Part shown: one piece after another, positions 19,114 to 27,679 of the stretch
How positions within the stretch are numbered: the stretch's first letter is position 1
Layout of the letters: each line of letters starts with the position of its first letter
NCBI GenBank assembly: GCA_038230295.1
Contig: JBBRNM010000002.1
Span: 5,725-69,724 of the forward strand
Direction: 5' to 3'
Length of the DNA: 64,000 nucleotides
Source of the DNA: Candidatus Limnocylindrales bacterium
GTDB taxonomy: Bacteria > Chloroflexota > Limnocylindria > Limnocylindrales > CSP1-4
The notes under the pieces: generated by a model
Told to the model about the DNA's origin: nothing
Seen by the model: only the letters and a program-made list of their open reading frames with translations
Database searches by the model: none
Translations under genes and position numbers: made by a program

Positions 19114-19724
19114 GGTTCTGGCGCGTAGCCGATGCCGATCCGTGGGCCCGCCGCGATCAATGGTGCCGGATCATCCGCCGAGGGAAGCTCCAGCCGGATC
19201 GGTGATCCCGGATCGAGGAGGTCGAGGCCCGTGTCGGCCCGGTGGATGCCGAAGGCGATCGCGACCAGGCCGGGACCGCTCGCGAGCCGCGCGTCCGGGA
19301 CCGCGTCAGTTCGCCCCGCAACGGCCGCGGCACCGGTGTCGCCCGGCGCGAGCCCGGCACGTCGGAGCGCCCAATCGCGCCGCGCGGCTCGGATGGCCGG
19401 GATCCCCGCGGTCGGCTGGACGGCGCGAATCAGCACCGCCGCCGCACGCCCGGCGGGCTCCGTGGTCACGTTCAGGCACTCGTACATTCCGTAGACAAGG
19501 TACACGTAGGCCATGCCCGGAGGCCCGAACATGACCGCGTTCCGGGCGGTCTGGCCGAACCGCGCATGGGAGGCCAGGTCGTCGGTGCCGACATACGCCT
19601 CGACCTCGACGATGCGCCCGGCTCGAAGCTCGCCATCGGCGTCCGAATGGACCAGCCGCGCCCCGACCAGGGACCGCGCCGCCTCGAGCGTCGGCGCCGA
19701 GAGGACGTCCCGAGGGAGGGTCAG
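19047..19724 (-). CDS. mpg: DNA-3-methyladenine glycosylase (Mpg/AAG family), probable non-canonical CTG start
   Basis: The track ORF starts at ATG 19532 (MFGPPGMAYVYLVYGMYECLNV). The same frame stays open upstream and encodes LTLPRDVLSAPTLEAARSLVGARLV..GRIVEVEAYVGTDDLASHARFGQTARNAV, which is the conserved Mpg N-terminus. No in-frame ATG, GTG or TTG lies between the stop at 19767-19769 and 19532. Confidence 0.8.
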   Translation of the reverse strand: MTLPRDVLSAPTLEAARSLVGARLVHSDADGELRAGRIVEVEAYVGTDDLASHARFGQTARNAVMFGPPGMAYVYLVYGMYECLNVTTEPAGRAAAVLIRAVQPTAGIPAIRAARRDWALRRAGLAPGDTGAAAVAGRTDAVPDARLASGPGLVAIAFGIHRADTGLDLLDPGSPIRLELPSADDPAPLIAAGPRIGIGYAPEPWRSLPWRFAEVRSPAVSRRAT

Positions 19725-19731
19725 GTTCGCG

Positions 19732-20310
19732 TCAGAGCCGGGCCAGGACGGCCACGAACGTGTCGATCACGTCCTTCGGGAACAAGAACCCGAACCACGA
19801 CAGGACGCTCGGGATGACGTGGTCGCGCAGGATCTGGGCCGAAAGGGCGTTGTCGATGAAGTCGTGCAGGCCCCGCAGCGGCGCGAACTCGCCGCCGGCC
19901 GGGTCCGGGAAGGTCTTGAAGTACGGGTCGATGATGATGAGGATGGCGGCCAGGATGACCAGGCCCTCGAGGACCCCGAGGACGCCACCCAGGATCTCGT
20001 CCAGGACCGGGTAGCGGTTGATGATCGGGGCCGGCCGGTAGGAGAACTGGATCCCCAGGCTCAAGGCGACGGCTGCAGCCACGAAGATGGCCCCGAACGC
20101 GATCATGTAGCTGTATTCGGCCCGGCTCTGGGTCCATTCGCCCGCCAGATACGTGCCGAGCGGCGCCCTCAGCTGGGCGGCCAGGCCAAGCGAGAACAGG
20201 ATCGCGACGATCCCGAGGACCCGTCGCACGATGCCCTGGGCGTAGCCAACGATGAACATCGCGAGCAGCCCCAGGAACACGACGAGGTCGAACGGCTGGA
20301 TCTGGTCCAC
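19732..20310 (-). CDS. cvpA: CvpA family membrane protein
   Basis: Four hydrophobic helices are present (FDLVVFLGLLAMFIVGY, VLGIVAILFSLGLAA, MIAFGAIFVAAAVAL, GVLEGLVILAAILIII). The start GTG 20310 lies 8 nt after GAGAGGGGGA. It sits between pheT and mpg/mutS2, recalling the pheST ... cvpA ... mutS2 neighbourhood in Bacillus (from memory). Confidence 0.8.
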   Translation of the reverse strand: MDQIQPFDLVVFLGLLAMFIVGYAQGIVRRVLGIVAILFSLGLAAQLRAPLGTYLAGEWTQSRAEYSYMIAFGAIFVAAAVALSLGIQFSYRPAPIINRYPVLDEILGGVLGVLEGLVILAAILIIIDPYFKTFPDPAGGEFAPLRGLHDFIDNALSAQILRDHVIPSVLSWFGFLFPKDVIDTFVAVLARL

Positions 20311-20424
20311 GTGCCCTGTCCCCCTCTCATTCGACCGGTCGGCGCAGCGTAGCAGCGGGCCGATGGGCGTCGCAAGGCTCCAACCGGCTGCCGTGGACGG
20401 CACCGGAGCGCGCCGGCAACGGGA

Positions 20425-22923
20425 TCAGGTCCGGATCCTGGCCCCGAGGCGCTCCGTCAGCGCCTTCACGATCGAGGCGATTGCAGCGTCGACCTCGGCT
20501 TCCGTCAGCGTCCGATCATCGGCGCCGAAGCGGAGCCGGTACGCGAGGCTTCGCTCTCCGGGTTCCAGCGGGCGGCCGCGATAGACGTCGAACAGTGTTG
20601 CCTCGTCGAGGAGCGAGCCGCCAGCCTCGCGAATGAGGGCTTCCACGTCCGCAGCGAACCGCTCCGGGCCGACGACGATCGCGAGATCGCGCTCGACAGG
20701 CGGGAAACGCGAGGGCGGCAGCGATCGACTGTCCGGCAGGCTCCCGCCACCGAGGCCCGCGATCGACATCTCGGCCACGACCAGGCGATCGACACGGAGA
20801 TCCCAGCGCTGGACGAGGCTCGGATGCAGCTCGCCGACGACACCGGAGATCGCGAGGCTGCCATTGGGCGCGAGCGCCAACACGCCGGCGCTGCGCCCGG
20901 GATGCAGCATCGGCTCATCCGTCAGGGCCACAAAGGTCGGGCGGCGCGCGCCGAGGAGCCTCGCCAGCAGCTCGATCGCGCCCTTCGCGTCATCGAGGTC
21001 CGCGGATCGGGCCGGCCGGTTCCAGGCCGCCGGCTCGAACGCCCCGGCGAGAGCGAGGCCCAGGCGCCACCACTCATGCGGCGTGTCGTCGACGCGGCCA
21101 TAGCCCTTCGCGACCTCGAAGATCGAGACGTCCGGCCGCCCGCGCCGGAGGTTCGTCGAAACGACGTCGGCGAGGCTGCCGACGAGCGATTGGCGGAGGA
21201 AGGCATGATCCTGCGACAAGGGGTTGGTGACCGCGATCGACGCGCCAACCCGTTCGTCCTCCCCGGCGGCCGGCTGGTCGCTGGCCGTCCAGGTGAAGTA
21301 TTCAAGGTGGCGGGTCGAGACGAGGGCATGCGTCGCGACCTCCGTCAGGCCCGCGCCGACGAGTGCGTTGCGGATCGCGTCGCGGACCTCGAGCGGCGAG
21401 GGCCGCCACGGGGGCAGCGGCGTGTCGGGCAGGGTGGCCGGGACGAGCTCGTAGCCGCGAACACGGGCGATCTCCTCTGCCAGGTCCGCCTCGATCTCGA
21501 TATCGCGGCGCCACGTCGGGACGACGGCCACGACGGCGGTCCCGGCCGGCGCGACCGCGGTCGCCGGGCTGCTGCCCACCGCGATCGGGACCTCGACGCG
21601 CTGCGCGGCCGGCTCCGTCTCGACCCCGACCCGGGCGAGGTAGCCCTGCTGGTCCTGCTCGCCAAGCGTGGTGCCGAGCAGGCGATCGACCCTGACCGGC
21701 CGAAAGGCCACGCGGCGAGGGCCCGGTTCGGCGGGATTCGTGTCCACGCGGCCCGGGGCGACGGCCCCGCCCGCCCACTCGGCAATGAGCTGTGCGGTCC
21801 GATCCGCGCCGATCCGGCCGAGCCGGTGCTCCTGGCCCTTCTCGAAGCGCAGGCTGGCCTCCGACCGGAGCGCATAGCGGAACGCGGTCCGACGGATGCT
21901 CACCGGATCGAAGATCGCCGACTCGATGACGACGTCGGTCGTGCCGTCCGAGATCTCCGAGGCGGCACCGCCCATGACACCCGCGATCCCGATCGGGCCG
22001 CGGGCGTCGGCGATCACGAGTGTGTCCGGCGTCAGGGCCCGATCGACGTGGTCGAGCGTGACCAGGCGCTCGCCATCGCGCGCCAGGCGAATGACGATGC
22101 GGCCCTCACCCACAGCCGCGGCGTCGAAGGTGTGGATCGGCTTCCCGAGCTCGAGCATGACATAGTTCGACGCGTCGACGACGTTGTTCACGGGATGCAT
22201 TCCGGCCGCCAGCAATCGCATCTGGATCCGGTCTGGCGAGGGCCGGATCTCGACCCCGGCGACCCAGCGGCCCACGAACCGCGAGCACAGGTCGGGTGCC
22301 TCGACGTCAACCCGGAGCCGCTGCTCGACCGGCAGGCCCGACTCCTCGACCTCGATCGGCGGCCACCGAAGCTCGGCCCCCATGGCGGCGGAGACCTCGC
22401 GCCCGATGCCGATCATCGACAGGGCGTCGCCGCGGTTCGGCTTCACGTCGATGTCGAGCACGACGTCGCCGAACAGGTCTGCGAGCGGCGTCCCGAGGGG
22501 CGTCCCGGGCTCGAGGATCAGGATCCCGTCGCCGTCGGCCGTGAGCCCGAGCTCCTCGCCGGAGCACAGCATCCCGTTGCTGACGACGCCCATCTTCTCG
22601 GTCCGCTCGATCCGCCGATTCCCCGGGAGGACCGCGCCGGGCAACGCGACCGGCACGCGCTGGCCCACGGCGATGTTCGTCGCGCCGCAGACGATCTCGA
22701 GCGGTTCCCCGCCTCCCGTCGTGACCCGGGTGAGGGAGAGCCGGTCCGCGTACGGATGCTTCTCGACGGCCAGGAGCTCGCCGACGACGACGTGCTGCCA
22801 CTCGGTCCCCCGCCGCTCGACGGCCTTGACCTCCATGCCGAGCAGCGTCAGACGTTCGGCGAGAGCCTCCGGCGTCACCTCGACCGCGACGTAGTCCGCG
22901 AGCCAGGACAGCGGCACTCTCAT
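20425..22923 (-). CDS. pheT: Phenylalanine--tRNA ligase beta subunit
   Basis: Starts MRVPLSWLADYV. The N-terminal tRNA-binding domain reads VVVGELLAVEKHPYADRLSLTRV..IVCGATN. B3/4, B5 and the C-terminal FDX-ACB domain follow. Confidence 0.96.
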   Translation of the reverse strand: MRVPLSWLADYVAVEVTPEALAERLTLLGMEVKAVERRGTEWQHVVVGELLAVEKHPYADRLSLTRVTTGGGEPLEIVCGATNIAVGQRVPVALPGAVLPGNRRIERTEKMGVVSNGMLCSGEELGLTADGDGILILEPGTPLGTPLADLFGDVVLDIDVKPNRGDALSMIGIGREVSAAMGAELRWPPIEVEESGLPVEQRLRVDVEAPDLCSRFVGRWVAGVEIRPSPDRIQMRLLAAGMHPVNNVVDASNYVMLELGKPIHTFDAAAVGEGRIVIRLARDGERLVTLDHVDRALTPDTLVIADARGPIGIAGVMGGAASEISDGTTDVVIESAIFDPVSIRRTAFRYALRSEASLRFEKGQEHRLGRIGADRTAQLIAEWAGGAVAPGRVDTNPAEPGPRRVAFRPVRVDRLLGTTLGEQDQQGYLARVGVETEPAAQRVEVPIAVGSSPATAVAPAGTAVVAVVPTWRRDIEIEADLAEEIARVRGYELVPATLPDTPLPPWRPSPLEVRDAIRNALVGAGLTEVATHALVSTRHLEYFTWTASDQPAAGEDERVGASIAVTNPLSQDHAFLRQSLVGSLADVVSTNLRRGRPDVSIFEVAKGYGRVDDTPHEWWRLGLALAGAFEPAAWNRPARSADLDDAKGAIELLARLLGARRPTFVALTDEPMLHPGRSAGVLALAPNGSLAISGVVGELHPSLVQRWDLRVDRLVVAEMSIAGLGGGSLPDSRSLPPSRFPPVERDLAIVVGPERFAADVEALIREAGGSLLDEATLFDVYRGRPLEPGERSLAYRLRFGADDRTLTEAEVDAAIASIVKALTERLGARIRT

Positions 22924-22930
22924 GCGCGCC

Positions 22931-23971
22931 TCACCGGAATTGCTCCAGGAACCGCAGGTCGTTCTCCATGAACAGGCGAAGGTCGTTGATGCGGTGCTTC
23001 AGCATCGAGATGCGCTCGGGCCCCATCCCGAACGCGAAGCCCTGGTACCGCTCCGGATCGAGCCCCACGCCCCGCAGCACGACCGGATGGATCATCCCGG
23101 CCCCCAGGATCGTCAGCCAGCCGGTCCGGGCACAGACCGCGCAGCCGACGCCGCCACAGACGAGGCACTCGACGTCGAACGCCACCGATGGCTCCGTGAA
23201 CGGGTAGTAGCCAGGCCGGAAGCGCGTCTTCTTGCCGGGCCCGAACATGCCGTGGGCGAACGCCTCGAGCAAGCCTCGCAGATCGCCGAGCGTCGTGCCC
23301 TCGTCGACCATCAGGCCCTCGACCTGGAAGAACTCCGAGGCATGGGACGCATCGATCGACTCGTATCGGAAGCAGCGACCGGGTAGCAACACCCGAATCG
23401 GCGGCTTCACGGTCTGCATGACCCGGATCTGGCCCGGCGACGTGTGGGTCCGGAGCAGATGACCCGGGACGTCGACGTAGAGGGTGTCCCAGAGGTCACG
23501 CGCCGGGTGGTCCGGCGGGATGTTCAGCATCTGGAAGTTCGCCAGGTCGTCCTCGATCTCGGGGCTCTCGTGAACCACGAACCCGAACTGGCCGAAGATC
23601 TCGGCGATCTCGGTCATGGCCTGGATGCTCGGATGGAGCGAGCCGCGCCGGATCGGCCGACCCGCGGTGGTGACGTCCACGCGCTCGGCCGCGAGACGAG
23701 CTTCGAGCTCGGATTCGCCGAGCGAGCTCCGGCGCTCCGCGATCGCGGCTTCGATCGTCGATCGGACGGTATTGGCGATGGCCCCGACCCGAGGCCGGTC
23801 GTCAGCCGGGAGGCCGCCGATGCCGCGCAGCACGGATGTCAGGCGGCCCTTCTTGCCGAGGACATCGAGCTCGAGCGCGTCCAGCGCCGCGAGGTCCGAG
23901 GCGGCCTCAATGCCGGCGCTCGTCTCGGTTGCGAGCGCGTCGAGGTCGTGGGTGAGCTGGGCAAGATCCAT
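22931..23971 (-). CDS. pheS: Phenylalanine--tRNA ligase alpha subunit
   Basis: Class II motifs are present: HPARDLWDTLYV, RCFRYESIDASHASEFFQVEG, FPFTEPS and ILGAGMIHP. Confidence 0.96.
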   Translation of the reverse strand: MDLAQLTHDLDALATETSAGIEAASDLAALDALELDVLGKKGRLTSVLRGIGGLPADDRPRVGAIANTVRSTIEAAIAERRSSLGESELEARLAAERVDVTTAGRPIRRGSLHPSIQAMTEIAEIFGQFGFVVHESPEIEDDLANFQMLNIPPDHPARDLWDTLYVDVPGHLLRTHTSPGQIRVMQTVKPPIRVLLPGRCFRYESIDASHASEFFQVEGLMVDEGTTLGDLRGLLEAFAHGMFGPGKKTRFRPGYYPFTEPSVAFDVECLVCGGVGCAVCARTGWLTILGAGMIHPVVLRGVGLDPERYQGFAFGMGPERISMLKHRINDLRLFMENDLRFLEQFR

Positions 23972-24046
23972 GGAATGCGAGCCTAGCCGGTCAGAGCCCC
24001 AGCGCGCCGGTCAGGTCTCAGCGCGCCGGATCACCGGCGCGCACGG

Positions 24047-24397
24047 TCACGCGCTCTTGGCCAGCTCGACGATCGCGCCGAACGTGGCAGCGTCCCGGAC
24101 GGCGAGATCGGCCAGGATCTTTCGATCGAGCGCGATGTCGGCGGCCTTCAGGCCGTTGATGAAGCGACCGTAGGTCATCCCGTGGCTGCGGACAGCGGCG
24201 TTGATCCGGACGATCCACAGGGCACGGAACTGGCGCTTGCGCTGCTTCCGGTCCCGGGTCGCGTACGCGAGCGCGTGGAGCAGCGCCTCTCGCGCCGGCT
24301 TGACCAGTCGCGAGCGCGTGCCCTTTCGGCCCTCGGCGTCGTCGAGGAGGCGCTTGTGTCGGGCGTGAGAGGTGACGCCGCGCTTGACTCGGGCCAT
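24047..24397 (-). CDS. rplT: 50S ribosomal protein L20
   Basis: Starts [18 protein letters not shown], with [16 protein letters not shown] further in. Confidence 0.97.
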   Translation of the reverse strand: MARVKRGVTSHARHKRLLDDAEGRKGTRSRLVKPAREALLHALAYATRDRKQRKRQFRALWIVRINAAVRSHGMTYGRFINGLKAADIALDRKILADLAVRDAATFGAIVELAKSA

Positions 24398-24412
24398 GGC
24401 TTCGACTCGCTC

Positions 24413-24610
24413 CTAGAGGTACGGTAGCAGGCGCCGAACCTGCTTGGCGTGGGTGCCGCCGACGAGGGATTTGCCGGCGTAACGGCGGGTTCGGCGGGAT
24501 GACTTGATCTCGAGATGGTGGCCGCTCCAGGAGTTGACGCGCACGAACTTGCCGCTCCCGGTCGCGCCAAGGCGCTTCTGGGCTGCCTTGTGGCTCTTCA
24601 TCTTCGGCAT
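24413..24610 (-). CDS. rpmI: 50S ribosomal protein L35
   Basis: Starts MPKMKSHKAAQKRLGATGSGKFVRVNSWSGHHLE, 65 aa. Only the last 65 codons of ORF 24413..24835 are L35-like. Confidence 0.93.
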   Translation of the reverse strand: MPKMKSHKAAQKRLGATGSGKFVRVNSWSGHHLEIKSSRRTRRYAGKSLVGGTHAKQVRRLLPYL

Positions 24611-24617
24611 GCTCGGG

Positions 24618-25406
24618 TCAACCTCCGGTGGGCGGCGCATCGGGCGCTGCGGGTGCGGCGACGGCCTTGGCGGCGGGTTTAGCGGCGGCGAGTTTCGGTG
24701 CGGCGGTGGCGGCGGGTTTCGGTGCGGCTGTTGCAGCTGGCGCAGCTGGCGCAGCTGGTGCGGGCGCCGGCGCGGCCGGTGTCTTCTCTCCTGGTGTCGT
24801 TGCGGCGGGAGCGGCTGCCGATGCCGGTGCCGCAACGGCTGCCGGCTCGGCGACGCCTCCGTCGCTCTTCGTATTCGCCTGCGTCTCGGACTTCGGCTTG
24901 TGGGTCGAGGCGAGGGTGATGAACATCGACTTGCCCTCGAGGACGGGGGCTCGTTCGATGACGCCGTGATCCTTCACCTGGTCCGCGAACCTGTCCAGCA
25001 TCTTCCGACCCAGCTCCGGATGGGTGAGCTCCCGACCGCGGAAGCGGACGGTCACCTTGATCCGGTCGCCATCGGAGAGGAACTCCACCGCGCGATGAAC
25101 CTTCGTGTCGAAGTCCCCCGTGCCGATCTTCGGCGAGAGGCGGACCTCCTTGAACGTCACCGAGCGCTGTCGCCGCTTGGCTTCCTTTTCCCGCTTCGTC
25201 AGCTCGTACTTGTACTGGCCGAAGTCGAGGAAACGGGTGACCGGCGGGGCCGCCATCGGAGCGACCTCGACGAGGTCGAGGCCCCGCTCCTGCGCCATCT
25301 CGAGGGCTTGCGGCGTGGGCATGACGCCCAGCTGGTTTCCCTCCTCATCGATCACCCGAACCTGTGGGATCCGGATCATCTGGTTGACGCGCAGGTCTCG
25401 GCTGAT
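24618..25406 (-). CDS. infC: Translation initiation factor IF-3, probable ATC start, with a 95-aa Ala/Pro-rich C-terminal extension
   Basis: Motifs are ISRDLRVNQMIRIPQVRVIDEEGNQLGV, LDLVEV, FGQYKYE and KEVRLSPKIGTGDFDTK. GAGAGGG lies 8 nt upstream of ATC 25404-25406. infC conventionally uses a non-AUG start. Confidence 0.9.
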   Translation of the reverse strand: MSRDLRVNQMIRIPQVRVIDEEGNQLGVMPTPQALEMAQERGLDLVEVAPMAAPPVTRFLDFGQYKYELTKREKEAKRRQRSVTFKEVRLSPKIGTGDFDTKVHRAVEFLSDGDRIKVTVRFRGRELTHPELGRKMLDRFADQVKDHGVIERAPVLEGKSMFITLASTHKPKSETQANTKSDGGVAEPAAVAAPASAAAPAATTPGEKTPAAPAPAPAAPAAPAATAAPKPAATAAPKLAAAKPAAKAVAAPAAPDAPPTGG

Positions 25407-25486
25407 GGTGGCTGCCCTCTCGAACGGTTGATGCTGTCCACGACCCGAATCCCACGGCAAGGCCCTGGCCTCCCGGTCGCCGCGGG

Positions 25487-25495
25487 ACTATAGCA
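25487..25495 (-). promoter_or_regulatory. Candidate extended -10 promoter element for infC-rpmI-rplT
   Basis: The minus strand reads TGcTATAGT about 80 nt upstream of the infC start. No good -35 element is present. Confidence 0.3.
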
Positions 25496-25515
25496 CAGGC
25501 TCCTCGCGCCTCCCC

Positions 25516-27366
25516 TCAGGCGCCTCGGGCCGCGGCCTCGGCCGCCAGGCGGTCGGCGAGGGCCTCCCAGCCGAGGCTTTCCTGGATGGCGTCGCGGGCG
25601 GCGCTGCGCTCGCGGACGGTCGCGCTGCGAGCCTCGATCTCGCGGTCGCCGACGACGAGCATGTAGGGCACCTTCTGCTCCTGGGCGAGCCGGATCTTGT
25701 TCTGCATCCGGTTATCCGAGGCATCGACCTCGGCTCGGACGCCGCGGGCCTGGAGGAGCGCGGCCAGCTCCCCTGCCCCGTCGACATGGCGGTCCGCGAT
25801 CGGGATGACCACCGCCTGCACCGGCGCCAGCCAGAGTGGCAGGGCGCCGGCGAAATGCTCGATGAGAATGCCGATGAAGCGCTCGAGGCTGCCGTAGATC
25901 GCGCGGTGGATCGCGATCGGCCGCTGCGGCCGGCCCTCCTCATCGATGTAGGTCAGGTCGAAGCGCTCGGGCAGCATCGTCAGGTCCGCCTGGATCGTCG
26001 CCATCTGCCACTCCCGGCCGAGGGCGTCGTCGATGTAGATGTCGATCTTCGGGGCGTAGAACGTTCCATCCCTGGGCTTGACGACGTACTCGACGTTCGA
26101 TCGCTCGAGGGCGTCCTTGATGAGCGCCTCGGCGCGCTCCCAGAGGGCCGGGTCGCCGATCGCCTTGTCGGGCTTGGTCGCGAAGGCGAAGCGCGGCTTG
26201 AGGCCCACCCACGAATAGGCCTCGCGGACCTCGCCGAGCATCGCCTCGATCTCGTCGGCCAGCTGGTCGGGTCGGACGTAGACGTGGGCGTCGTCCTGGA
26301 TGAACTGCCGGACCCGGGTGAGGCCGGACAGCGTGCCCGATCGCTCATTTCGGTGCAGCCGGCCGTACTCCGCGTACCGAATCGGCAGGTCACGATACGA
26401 GCGCACGCGCGAGCGATAGATGAACGTGCTCTCGGGGCAGTTCATCGGCTTGAGGCTGAAGGTCTGGTTCTCGACCTCGACCCGGAACATGTTGTCGTCG
26501 TAGTGGCCCCAGTGGCCCGACTGCTCCCATAGCTTCTTGTGGACGAGGATCGGGGTGCTGACCTCCTCGTAACCGCGGCGGGCCTGGAGCTCCCGCATCG
26601 CGCCCTCGAGGGTTCGCCAGATCAGCTGGCCTCGCGGGTGCCAGAACGCCGAGCCCGGCGCGACGTCGTGGAAGCTGAAGAGGTCGAGCTGGACCCCGAG
26701 CTTGCGGTGGTCGCGCTTCTTCGCCTCGGCTCGGCGCCACAGGAACGCGTCGAGCTCTTCCTGGGTCGGCCAGACCGTGCCGTAGATCCGCTGGAGCATC
26801 GGCCGCTTCTCGTCGCCCCGCCAGTAGGCGCCGGCCACGGACAGCAGCTTGAACGCACCGATCCGGCCCGTCGACGCGACGTGCGGGCCCTTGCACAGGT
26901 CGCTGAACGGCCCGTGCTCGTAGAAGGAGGCGACCGGTGGGCCTATCTTGGCGGCTGCGGCCTTGGCGGAGAGGTCGTCGAGGATCTCGACCTTGAAGAG
27001 CTGACCCTGGCCTTCCTCGACCGCACGGGCGTCGGCGAGTGCGAGCTCCTTGCGCACGAACGGATGATCGGCGGCGACGCTGACGCGCATCCGTTCCTCG
27101 ATCGCCTCGAGATCGGCGGGCGTGAGCGGCCGGGCCAGCTGGAAGTCGTAGTAGAAGCCGTCGGCGATCGCGGGGCCGATGCCGAGCTTCGCCCCGGGAA
27201 ACAGGTCGAGGACGGCCTCGGCCATCACGTGCGCGGTCGAGTGGCGCATCGAGTCGATCTCGTCGTGGGCGCCGGCGTCGAGGAGCTCGTCCACCGAGCC
27301 GCGCTCGGGCGCCTCGAGCACCTCTTCGTCGCCCGCCGGATCAGGAGCGATCACCTGGTCTGCCAT
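25516..27366 (-). CDS. thrS: Threonine--tRNA ligase (no recognisable N-terminal TGS domain)
   Basis: Starts MADQV. The editing-domain motif HSTAH sits at about residue 42. Class II motifs are RVRQFIQDDAHVY and ERFIGILIEHFAG, followed by the anticodon-binding domain. The start ATG 27366 follows GGAGAG. The upstream codons of ORF 25516..27438 belong to the T-box leader. Confidence 0.95.
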   Translation of the reverse strand: MADQVIAPDPAGDEEVLEAPERGSVDELLDAGAHDEIDSMRHSTAHVMAEAVLDLFPGAKLGIGPAIADGFYYDFQLARPLTPADLEAIEERMRVSVAADHPFVRKELALADARAVEEGQGQLFKVEILDDLSAKAAAAKIGPPVASFYEHGPFSDLCKGPHVASTGRIGAFKLLSVAGAYWRGDEKRPMLQRIYGTVWPTQEELDAFLWRRAEAKKRDHRKLGVQLDLFSFHDVAPGSAFWHPRGQLIWRTLEGAMRELQARRGYEEVSTPILVHKKLWEQSGHWGHYDDNMFRVEVENQTFSLKPMNCPESTFIYRSRVRSYRDLPIRYAEYGRLHRNERSGTLSGLTRVRQFIQDDAHVYVRPDQLADEIEAMLGEVREAYSWVGLKPRFAFATKPDKAIGDPALWERAEALIKDALERSNVEYVVKPRDGTFYAPKIDIYIDDALGREWQMATIQADLTMLPERFDLTYIDEEGRPQRPIAIHRAIYGSLERFIGILIEHFAGALPLWLAPVQAVVIPIADRHVDGAGELAALLQARGVRAEVDASDNRMQNKIRLAQEQKVPYMLVVGDREIEARSATVRERSAARDAIQESLGWEALADRLAAEAAARGA

Positions 27367-27369
27367 CGG

Positions 27370-27650
27370 TTGCTCTCCAAGAATCGAAACGACCCTTCGT
27401 CCCGACAGGACGAAAGGCCGTGCCTTCCGCGGTTCCACCCGCCTTCACGATCGGTGGCCCGGCGATCCCGAACCCCGAGCGTGCGCTCGAGCCGCGATAA
27501 CGGGCGGACCCGGGCCGGTTCGCCGGCCGCTCACGGGTGGTCCCGAGCTTCCTCGACCGCCGGGCTTCCAGCCGTGGCCCGGCTCTCTGTGGATCGATCT
27601 CGATGCTCGGCGTGTCCCGATCGATGCGTTGGCGGCGACTATACCGCGGG
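27370..27650 (-). promoter_or_regulatory. T-box leader (Thr) of thrS, with candidate -10 box, Stem I, T-box motif and terminator hairpin
   Basis: On the minus strand, TATAGT lies at 27638-27643. AGAGAG is followed by a CCGGGC..GCCCGG hairpin with the distal loop CACGGCUGGAA. An internal loop reads G-ACC-A, a Thr codon followed by a purine. The T-box motif GGGUGGAACCGCGG lies at 27427-27440. A 10-bp hairpin, CCUUUCGUCC..GGACGAAGGG (27393-27417), is followed by UCGUUUCGAUUCUU and then the SD. Confidence 0.7.
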
Positions 27651-27679
27651 CTTCGAGTGGGCGGGACCGGTGGGCGTCG

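Noticed and set aside
20824-22971. 715-aa + strand ORF across pheT
   Set aside because: It is antisense to pheT and has no motifs, whereas pheT is unambiguous on the minus strand.
24640-24790. CRISPR-like or other array in the repetitive GC-rich stretch near infC/rpmI, and other tandem repeats at 11272, 34622 and 47052
   Set aside because: The units are 9-21 nt and directly adjacent with no unique spacers. The 24.6-kb stretch is the coding sequence of the IF-3 Ala/Pro tail. No cas genes occur in the window.
24413-24835. 140-aa ORF containing L35
   Set aside because: The N-terminal 75 codons are a Pro/His/Arg-rich alternative frame of the IF-3 tail. L35 homology begins at MPKMKSHK (24610).
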